From: Candidatus Margulisiibacteriota bacterium
GTDB taxonomy: Bacteria > Margulisbacteria > Riflemargulisbacteria > GWF2-39-127
Length of the DNA: 64,000 bases
Assembly: GCA_003242895.1 (NCBI GenBank)
Contig: QKMY01000043.1
Location: 19,106 to 83,105, forward strand
Direction of reading: 5' to 3'
Part shown: in pieces, positions 56,935-64,000 of the stretch
Layout: each line of letters begins with the position of its first letter
How positions within the stretch are numbered: position 1 is the stretch's first letter
Program-made: the position numbers and the translations under genes
Notes under the pieces: model-generated
What the model was told of the DNA's origin: nothing
The model's database searches: none
The model's input: only the letters and a program-made list of their open reading frames with translations

Positions 56935-57118
56935 CTTGCAGCCACAATTGCCGGCTGGGCAGCCTATCGCGGGGTCCATGTGAGTATCCGTTGGTAATAA
57001 CCATAAAAAAAGGCTTCAATTCGTAGATAATTTATACTACAATATAACCCGAACGCACATTCTGGATTTTGATAAAAAAATACCTATTCCAAAATATCGG
57101 CAATGAAAGGAAATAATA

Positions 57119-58417
57119 ATGATCGAACGTTATACAACTCCGGAGATGAAACAAATATGGACGGAACAGAACAAGTTCCAAAAATGGCTTGATGTTGAGT
57201 TAGCCGCCTGTGAAGCTCATAATAAACTAGGTAATATTCCCGATGAGTCGCTCAAAACAATTAAGAATAAAGCAACTTTTGAAATTAATAGGATCAATGA
57301 AATTGAAAAAACCACTAACCACGATGTTATTGCATTTCTTACGAGCGTAGCAGAAAATGTTGGACCGGAGTCACGATTTATTCATCTGGGAATGACATCA
57401 AGTGACGTTGTTGATACTGCATTTGCTATCTTAATTAAAGAATCCGGACAGCAATTATTGACCAGAATAAAGGAACTCCAAGCTGCGATAAAAGAAAGAG
57501 CACTTGAACATAAGAATACTATAATGATCGGTCGTACTCACGGGGTTCATGCAGAACCAATGACCTTTGGCTTAAAGCTGGCATTATGGTACGAAGAAAT
57601 GGAAAGAAATACCCAGAGGCTCGAACGCGCTATTGAAAATATCTCTTTCGGTAAATTGTCAGGTGCTGTTGGAACGTATGCCAATATTGATCCATTTATA
57701 GAAGAATACGTTTGCAAAAAACTAAAGTTAACCCCAGCCAAAATATCTACACAAATCCTGCAAAGGGACCGTCACGCTGAATTCATGACAACACTCGCAA
57801 TTACCGCTGGATCCCTGGAAAAATTCTCAACGGAGATTCGCGCGCTGCAAAAAACCGAATTCAACGAAGCGGAAGAAGGATTCACAAAAGGGCAGAAGGG
57901 TTCTTCTGCTATGCCTCATAAAAAAAACCCAATCACCTGTGAAAGAATAACCGGGCTGGCTCGAGTTATCAGAGGCAATTCACTAGTCGCAATAGAAAAC
58001 ATGGCCCTATGGCACGAAAGAGATATTTCTCATTCATCAACAGAAAGAATAATATTTCCAGATAGCACTCTGGCATTAGATTATATGCTTAAACTTTTTG
58101 TCGGTGTAGTAACAAACCTGGTTGTTCATCCTGATAACATGAAAAGAAATCTTGAGAGTACCGGAGGACTTGTCTTTTCCCAGCGTGTCCTGCTTAAGCT
58201 CGTAGATTCAGGACTAACAAGAGAAGATTCATATAAAATTGTACAAGAAAACGCAATGAAATCAAGGGAGCATAACTTTAAAGTTACGTTTATCGATATC
58301 TGCAATCAAGACGAACGAATACTTTCAAGAATATCAAAAGAATCGTTAAATGAATGCTTTGATTATGGTTTTCACACAAAAAATATTGATATGATTTTCG
58401 GAAGGATATTCGAATAA
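57119..58417 (+). CDS. purB: adenylosuccinate lyase
   Basis: Fumarate-lyase signature GSSAMPHKKNP. N-terminus RYTTPEMKQIW. Confidence 0.95.
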   Translation: MIERYTTPEMKQIWTEQNKFQKWLDVELAACEAHNKLGNIPDESLKTIKNKATFEINRINEIEKTTNHDVIAFLTSVAENVGPESRFIHLGMTSSDVVDTAFAILIKESGQQLLTRIKELQAAIKERALEHKNTIMIGRTHGVHAEPMTFGLKLALWYEEMERNTQRLERAIENISFGKLSGAVGTYANIDPFIEEYVCKKLKLTPAKISTQILQRDRHAEFMTTLAITAGSLEKFSTEIRALQKTEFNEAEEGFTKGQKGSSAMPHKKNPITCERITGLARVIRGNSLVAIENMALWHERDISHSSTERIIFPDSTLALDYMLKLFVGVVTNLVVHPDNMKRNLESTGGLVFSQRVLLKLVDSGLTREDSYKIVQENAMKSREHNFKVTFIDICNQDERILSRISKESLNECFDYGFHTKNIDMIFGRIFE

Positions 58418-58553
58418 CATCCTTTCTCCGATGAATGCTGTGTCACAATTATTGTGTAGCATCGTTGCTGAGAGAGCACTACCGAATCCGAAATAAATAG
58501 TATATAATTCTTTGTTATACAAGCACATAGAATATCAAGAAAGAGGTATTGTC

Positions 58554-60044
58554 ATGGTTTTCGTTTATCCCGAGGTTTCAAGAACGTTCAGCGAGTATTT
58601 ACTTGTACCAAACCTAACAGCGAAAGACTGTACTCCAGAAAACATATCGCTCAAAACCCCACTTGTGAGATTTAACCGAGGGGCTGAACCTGCTATATCC
58701 CTTAACATTCCATTCGTTTCTGCAATTATGCAGTCAGTTTCGGACCATAATATGTCAATTGCTTTGGCGCGGAGTGGCGGACTCTCATTCATCTACGGCT
58801 CACAATCAATCGAAACTCAGGTAGATATGATAAAAAAAGCAAAAAAATACAAAGCTGGATTTGTATTGAGCGATACAAACCTTACAGAGAGGCATACGTT
58901 AAGAGAGGTCCTTGATGTTACGCAAAAAACCGGACATTCCACGATCGCGATTACTGATGATGGCACTGCAAATGGAAAACTGCTAGGTCTGGTTACCAGC
59001 AAGGATTACCGGCTAACGAGAGACTCTTTGGAAAAACCTGTTCATGAATTAATGACCTGTTTTGAGAAACTTATTATCGGGAACCATGGAATTACCTTAA
59101 GTGAAGCAAATGATATAATCTGGGAACACAAGATTAATTGTTTACCTATCGTAGATGCAAACCAGAAACTACGCTACATGGTATTTCGAAAAGATTATGA
59201 AGATCACAAACAAAATCCGAATACGATGATGGATAAAGATAAGCGGCTCATCGTAGGGGCAGGGATCAATACTAGAGATTACAAAGAAAGAGTGCCTCTG
59301 CTTGTTGAAGCTGGTGTAGATATTCTTTGTATAGATTCATCCGACGGGTTTTCGCAATGGCAGAGAGAAGCAATTGAATACATAAAGAGCTATTTCGGAG
59401 ACAAAGTGAAGATCGGAGGAGGAAACGTAGTCGATAGAGAAGGATTTAAATATCTCGTTGATGCAGGTGCCGATTTTGTGAAAGTAGGTATTGGGGGCGG
59501 TTCAATCTGTATTACTCGAGAGCAGAAAGGAATAGGAAGAGGCCAGGCTTCTTCTATCATCGATACCGCAGCTTATAGAGACGAACTTTACAAAGAAACC
59601 GGGACCTATATCCCAATATGTTCTGATGGCGGTATTGTTCATGATTATCATATTGTCCTTGCACTTGCGATGGGTGCAGATTTCGTTATGATGGGAAGAT
59701 ACTTTGCTCGATTCGATGAGAGTCCGGCAAAAAAAATAAAATTGGGAAATCGGTACGTAAAAGAATACTGGGGTGAAGGATCTAACAAAGCACGGAACTG
59801 GCAACGCTATGATGCAGGTGATACAGGTACGTATTTAAAGTTCGAAGAAGGCGTTGATAGCTACGTACCGTACGCAGGCAAGCTAAAAGACAACCTCGAT
59901 GTAACAATACACAAGATAAAATCTACAATGTGCAGCTGCGGCGCGAAAACGATAAGACAACTTCAAGATACTGCAAGGCTGACTGCCGTTTCCTCTACCA
60001 GTATTAAAGAAGGCGGAGCCCACGACGTGATTTTAAAGGAATAG
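58554..60044 (+). CDS. guaB: IMP dehydrogenase
   Basis: Catalytic loop [12 protein letters not shown], an inserted CBS pair, and [11 protein letters not shown] at 58554 follows AAAGAGG; the ORF is open from 58512. Confidence 0.9.
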   Translation: MVFVYPEVSRTFSEYLLVPNLTAKDCTPENISLKTPLVRFNRGAEPAISLNIPFVSAIMQSVSDHNMSIALARSGGLSFIYGSQSIETQVDMIKKAKKYKAGFVLSDTNLTERHTLREVLDVTQKTGHSTIAITDDGTANGKLLGLVTSKDYRLTRDSLEKPVHELMTCFEKLIIGNHGITLSEANDIIWEHKINCLPIVDANQKLRYMVFRKDYEDHKQNPNTMMDKDKRLIVGAGINTRDYKERVPLLVEAGVDILCIDSSDGFSQWQREAIEYIKSYFGDKVKIGGGNVVDREGFKYLVDAGADFVKVGIGGGSICITREQKGIGRGQASSIIDTAAYRDELYKETGTYIPICSDGGIVHDYHIVLALAMGADFVMMGRYFARFDESPAKKIKLGNRYVKEYWGEGSNKARNWQRYDAGDTGTYLKFEEGVDSYVPYAGKLKDNLDVTIHKIKSTMCSCGAKTIRQLQDTARLTAVSSTSIKEGGAHDVILKE

Positions 60045-60109
60045 TTTGTTTACATAAAATATTTTTTCTGTTAGAATATTTTTAACTTAAATAAAGAAGG
60101 TTTAGTATT

Positions 60110-61645
60110 GTGATAGTCATATTGGATTTTGGTTCTCAGTATACAGAGCTTATAGCAAGAAGAGTCAGAGAATGTAAAGTTTATTCAGAAATTCTTCCAA
60201 GCAGCAGTACTCCAGAAGATATAAGAAAATTTAATCCTTCTGGAATTATTATTTCTGGTGGACCTTCAAGTGTCTATGACGAAGATGCCCCAAAACTCAA
60301 CAAAGACATTTACAAAATGAATTTACCGATTCTCGGAATATGTTATGGGATGCAATTACTAGCCAATGACCTCGGAGGAGAAGTTCAAAAAAAAGATACA
60401 CAGGAATACGGTAAAAGTCACTTAATGATTGACGATAACTTCGATCTATTTGAAGGACTTTGGCTTGAAATGGTGGTTTGGATGAGCCATGGAGATGCTG
60501 TTGTGAAATTGCCTGAAGGATTTAAGGCTATTGCACATACTGCAAATTGTCCGATAGCAGGCATGGCCAATAGAAAGAGCCAATTTTTTGGTGTTCAGTT
60601 CCATCCGGAAGTTGCACACACACCAAAAGGTATGGAAATAATTCGTAACTTTGTTTTCAAAATTTGTGGATGCTTACCAACGTGGACAACAACTTCATTT
60701 GTAAGAGATAGTATCAAAGAAATTCGCCAAATTGTAGGAAAAGACAAAGTACTTCTAGGGCTCAGTGGTGGAGTAGATTCTACTACAGCAGCTGCCTTGA
60801 TCCATGAAGCTATTGGAGATCAACTGGTGTGCATGTTCATTGACCAAGGTTTCATGAGAAAAAACGAAGGCGTCAAAATCGTAAAAATGTTTCGTGATTA
60901 TTTTAAAATTAATCTTGTTCATATCGATGCTTGTGAACGTTTTTATAATAAGCTTGATAAAGTCATCGATCCAGAAGAAAAACGCAAAGTTATCGGACAT
61001 GAATTTGTTCGTACCTTTGAAGAAGAAGCTAAAAACTTAAAAACTGAAATCCCATTCTTAGCCCAGGGTACCCTATACCCTGACGTTATTGAAAGTGCTA
61101 CATCAGGAACATCTCAAAATGCTGTAAAAATTAAGACCCATCATAATGTTGGTGGGCTACCTGACGATATTCAGTTCAAGGTAATTGAACCACTAAGAAA
61201 GCTATTTAAAGACGAAGTAAGAAAAGTTGCAGCAGAACTTAATGTTCCTGATGAAATTGTTCATAGACAGCCATTTCCAGGACCTGGACTTGCGATAAGG
61301 ATAATAGGAGAAGTTACAAAAGAACGAATAAAAGTTCTACAAGACGCTGATGATATTATTATGGATGAAATCAAAAAAGCTGGATACTACAGAAAAGTAT
61401 GGCAAGCGTTTGGTGTTTTACTCCCAATAAGAACCGTAGGTGTTATGGGAGATAAAAGAACATATTTATCAACACTTGCTCTTCGTGTTGTAACATCTGA
61501 AGATGCGATGACGGCAAACTGGGCTGATTTACCGTACGAACTATTAGAAAAGATATCTACTCGCGTTATTAACGAAGTAGGTGAGATTAATCGTGTTGTT
61601 TACGATATTACCTCAAAACCACCTGGAACCATTGAATGGGAATAA
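60110..61645 (+). CDS. guaA: GMP synthase (glutamine-hydrolysing)
   Basis: GATase motif [11 protein letters not shown]-loop SGGVDS, and C-terminal dimerisation end PPGTIEWE. Confidence 0.95.
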   Translation: MIVILDFGSQYTELIARRVRECKVYSEILPSSSTPEDIRKFNPSGIIISGGPSSVYDEDAPKLNKDIYKMNLPILGICYGMQLLANDLGGEVQKKDTQEYGKSHLMIDDNFDLFEGLWLEMVVWMSHGDAVVKLPEGFKAIAHTANCPIAGMANRKSQFFGVQFHPEVAHTPKGMEIIRNFVFKICGCLPTWTTTSFVRDSIKEIRQIVGKDKVLLGLSGGVDSTTAAALIHEAIGDQLVCMFIDQGFMRKNEGVKIVKMFRDYFKINLVHIDACERFYNKLDKVIDPEEKRKVIGHEFVRTFEEEAKNLKTEIPFLAQGTLYPDVIESATSGTSQNAVKIKTHHNVGGLPDDIQFKVIEPLRKLFKDEVRKVAAELNVPDEIVHRQPFPGPGLAIRIIGEVTKERIKVLQDADDIIMDEIKKAGYYRKVWQAFGVLLPIRTVGVMGDKRTYLSTLALRVVTSEDAMTANWADLPYELLEKISTRVINEVGEINRVVYDITSKPPGTIEWE

Positions 61646-61769
61646 TATATTACCAGAACTTATTAGTTTGTAATACATAACTTAAAAACATTGCTACTAC
61701 CACAAAAATATTTCTTTTCAATTTGCCACTTAAATCTATAGATAAAAGAATTGCGATTCGCTCGAAAAA

Positions 61770-63059
61770 TTAGCGAACCATATCGTATCCCAGTTTAGCT
61801 CTCAATGCATTATGTTGCTTTTCATTAAAAGAGAAACAGTGAGTACCATCACCTTTTGCAATAAAATAAAGATATTTACTCTTGGCCGGAAAAAGAACCG
61901 AAACGAAAGACTTAATACCCGGGGATGCTATCGGACCAGGAGGCAATCCGGGATTCTTATAGGTGTTGTACGGTGAGTCTATCTTAATATCTGCAAAGGT
62001 AACAATCTTTTTTCTTGGCTCATTGAGAGCATACTTAACTGTCGGATCAGCACCAAAAAGCATACGTTTTTCAAGCCTGTTAATGAATACTTCAGCAATA
62101 AGACTACGCTCTTTGTCGATCACAGCTTCTTTTTCAACGATTGATGCCAACGTCAATAATTCATGAAGGGTTAATTGCTTTTCTTTATACGTTGCCGATT
62201 GACTCTGATTTTTTTTATAATATGCATAAATTTTATCATTAAATCGATCGACCATCATTTTAGCTATCTGATGAGGCGATAAACCAGGCACCACCGTATA
62301 AGTATCAGGGAACAGATAGCCTTCCAGGGAAGAAATAGGAGAGTTAGACAGGAACTCGTATTGCTCGGCAAGCGTTCCTACTGCACCATAGCTTGCATAT
62401 TCCATAAATTCGTTAGCAGAAACAATTTGGTTCTTTTCCAAAAGATCCGCAATTTCCCGCATGCTGAATCCTTCAGGAATAGTAAACGTGATAGAGGAAA
62501 ACCCTTTCTTTCCAGTTATATATTCGATTATTAGTTTGATATTCATATTTGTTGTTAACTCAAATATACCAGCGTGCAAGTTCTTATCTGCTTTCAACAG
62601 TTTAAGAGCTACTTTAAATATAATAGGGTGCTTAATTAACTTCTGGTCGTATAATCTTATCGCGATATCTTGCGCTGAGGTGTTTTGCGGCACTTTGAAC
62701 ACTACCGTTTGTACATTAACCGGATCCACAGTATCAACCAAAATATAATAAGAAACAGTACTGATTAGCAAAGCAGTAAAAAGGCAAACACCCAAAAAGA
62801 ATAGTATTATTTTTTTTGGACTAAAGGTTCTCAGGTTATTCTTTTGAGTTTCTATTTTTTGATTAGTTACCTCTGTAGCCGGTAAATACGAGAGCAGTCC
62901 GTTTTCGAGATTTTTTCGAACATCTTTACGTTTATTGAGCGAAACAAAAATCAATTTTAGCTTCGCTTCAAAAGCAGTTCGGAATTTCGCTGTCCCAAAA
63001 CGAATATTGTCGATGATATTATTTACTTTCTTTGACCAATTATCAGATTGTTTAACCAT
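61770..63059 (-). CDS. mltG: endolytic murein transglycosylase MltG (YceG-like)
   Basis: Single TM segment (FFLGVCLFTALLISTVSYYILV). YceG motifs ASIVEKEA, NTYKNPGLPPGPI and LYFIAKGDGTH. Confidence 0.85.
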   Translation of the reverse strand: MVKQSDNWSKKVNNIIDNIRFGTAKFRTAFEAKLKLIFVSLNKRKDVRKNLENGLLSYLPATEVTNQKIETQKNNLRTFSPKKIILFFLGVCLFTALLISTVSYYILVDTVDPVNVQTVVFKVPQNTSAQDIAIRLYDQKLIKHPIIFKVALKLLKADKNLHAGIFELTTNMNIKLIIEYITGKKGFSSITFTIPEGFSMREIADLLEKNQIVSANEFMEYASYGAVGTLAEQYEFLSNSPISSLEGYLFPDTYTVVPGLSPHQIAKMMVDRFNDKIYAYYKKNQSQSATYKEKQLTLHELLTLASIVEKEAVIDKERSLIAEVFINRLEKRMLFGADPTVKYALNEPRKKIVTFADIKIDSPYNTYKNPGLPPGPIASPGIKSFVSVLFPAKSKYLYFIAKGDGTHCFSFNEKQHNALRAKLGYDMVR

Positions 63060-63134
63060 ATATCAACCCCAATTAATGTTGGCTGGCAGTCTAGCACTTC
63101 TAGTAACGAATGTATACGTATCTCTTATTGGAAA

Positions 63135-63548
63135 TTATTTTCGTTTTCTGCAATCCATATAAGACTGTAGAATAAAAACAGCTGCGATCTTGTCTACGAG
63201 TTGCTTTCTTTTACCTCGCGAAACATTACCCTCAAGAAGCGCATTATTGGCTGATTTTGTTGATAACCGTTCATCCCAGAATGCTATAGGAAGAGAAATC
63301 TCTTGTTCTAATTTCTCTTTAAACTCTCTCGCTTTAATTGTCGATGCAGTTTCTGCACCCTTTAAATTAATCGGTCTTCCAACAACAATCTCAGAAACGT
63401 CGTATTCCTTAATTATTTCTTTAATTTCTGATATCGCTTTGTTATCGTTAGCAACAACTTTGAAAGGGGATGCAATAATCTGTAATGGATCTGACAGTGC
63501 TACCCCGATACGCTTTTCGCCATAATCAATACCTAATAGTCTATTCAT
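63135..63548 (-). CDS. ruvX: Holliday junction resolvase-like protein RuvX (YqgF)
   Basis: Motifs LGIDYGEKRIGVALSD and WDERLST. Confidence 0.9.
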   Translation of the reverse strand: MNRLLGIDYGEKRIGVALSDPLQIIASPFKVVANDNKAISEIKEIIKEYDVSEIVVGRPINLKGAETASTIKAREFKEKLEQEISLPIAFWDERLSTKSANNALLEGNVSRGKRKQLVDKIAAVFILQSYMDCRKRK

Positions 63549-64000
63549 GATAGCCTTTCTCTGATGATTGTTTCAACCTTAGTAAGTGCTTGATCGACAT
63601 TCTGAAGAAGTTTTCCGCCGGCCTGTGCCCGGAGAGGACTTCCACCGCCACTTCCACCGCAAATCAATGCAGCCGCGCGAACGAGCTCATCACAGCTTAG
63701 TTTTTTTTCAACCAAATCTTTACTTGCCTTGGCAATAAATAGCACCTTATCGTCAATAACTGAAGCCAGAAATACGATACCAGATGACATTCGGTTCATT
63801 AATTCATCAGATATCGCCAGAAGCGATTTGTTATCAGTATCAGTAAATTTTTTTACAACTGCTCTGGTATTTCCATATAGCTCTGCATGTTCAATTAACG
63901 ATGGAATTGATTGATTAATCAACTCCATATTTAGTTTATCTATGAGTTTTTCCTTCTGCTTAGCTTGCTCAAGTATTTCTGATATTTTTGCGGATAGTTT
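63545..64000 (-). CDS. alaS: alanine--tRNA ligase, C-terminal part (5' end lies beyond the window)
   Basis: The minus-strand frame is open to base 64000 (KLSAKISEILEQAKQKEKLIDKLNMELINQ...). DHHA1-type C-terminus with GGSGGGSPLRAQAGG. Conserved alaS-ruvX-mltG order. Confidence 0.85.
   Translation of the reverse strand, partial: KLSAKISEILEQAKQKEKLIDKLNMELINQSIPSLIEHAELYGNTRAVVKKFTDTDNKSLLAISDELMNRMSSGIVFLASVIDDKVLFIAKASKDLVEKKLSCDELVRAAALICGGSGGGSPLRAQAGGKLLQNVDQALTKVETIIRERLS

Noticed and set aside
56843-57118. A full ZTP (pfl) or purine riboswitch upstream of purB.
   Set aside because: Only a CCGGCTGGGCA box resembling the ZTP 3' element is present. The 5' GACUGGCG / GGGA / CCGGG sub-domain and the purine-riboswitch UAUAAU...CCGUAAA-type junction sequences were not found. 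It is kept only as a low-confidence structured-region finding.
58512-58553. 14-codon N-terminal extension of guaB, from TTG 58512. The 12-codon extension of holA (16868-16903) is a similar case.
   Set aside because: The internal ATGs at 58554 and 16904 are preceded by good RBS sequences (AAAGAGG, AAGGTGA), whereas the upstream starts are not.
61770-63059. An ~80-aa Lys/Asn-rich cytoplasmic extension N-terminal to the MltG transmembrane segment.
   Set aside because: Cytoplasmic N-terminal extensions are already known for MltG homologues in some Gram-positive bacteria, so this is not novel on its own.
1-64000. Searched by eye for CRISPR arrays, tRNA/rRNA genes, RNase P / tmRNA / SRP RNA signatures, transposases, integrases, reverse transcriptases and toxin-antitoxin pairs.
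   Set aside because: No spaced direct repeats, no cloverleaf-like GC-rich blocks, and no recognisable motif (for example GAGGAAAGTCC). None of the ORFs shows DDE, tyrosine- or serine-recombinase, or RT motifs. The glycan island has no mobile-element flanks that I can see.

Overview
Low-GC, densely coding bacterial chromosomal segment with about 60 genes. I recognised no rRNA, tRNA, CRISPR array, transposase or integrase. TTG/GTG starts and AAGGAG-type ribosome-binding sites are frequent.

Layout:
(1) 1-7.5 kb: an anaerobic redox block. It holds a 2-oxoacid:ferredoxin oxidoreductase (a gamma/alpha fusion truncated by the window edge, plus beta), then a translationally coupled hdrA-mvhD-mvhG-mvhA module (group-3c-type NiFe hydrogenase). 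No hdrBC is present in the window.
(2) 7.5-17.9 kb: housekeeping genes (Fe-ADH, cupin, yaiI-like, dus, pheS, pheT, mutS, holA).
(3) 17.97-39.9 kb: a ~22 kb glycan-biosynthesis island of 20 consecutive ORFs. It encodes the GDP-fucose pathway (gmd, fcl), a GT10 alpha-1,3-fucosyltransferase, UDP-xylose synthase, a GNT-I/HlpA-like GT-A enzyme, a GT61/DUF563 enzyme, DUF5672, five GT4s, GT2s, two NodB deacetylases, a WecE-like aminotransferase and a methyltransferase. It has no recognisable priming transferase, flippase, polymerase or exporter. This island is my best candidate for something unusual.
(4) 39.9-64 kb: a sepF-like gene, alr, then dnaX-ybaB-recR running directly into a four-subunit pyruvate:ferredoxin oxidoreductase (porGDAB) and hup. 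These are followed by a ycf45-like R3H ATPase, tmk, GT2, a metallophosphoesterase, yqeY, a class-A beta-lactamase-like hydrolase, a WYL regulator plus methyltransferase, an archaeal-type (type 2) methionine aminopeptidase, purB, guaB, guaA, and mltG-ruvX-alaS (alaS truncated by the window edge).

The gene content (Mvh/HdrA, 4-subunit POR, MetAP2, ycf45-like) suggests a strictly anaerobic, H2-metabolising, uncultured-type bacterium. Any finer taxonomic guess is speculation. All family assignments come from motif recognition by eye, not database searches.
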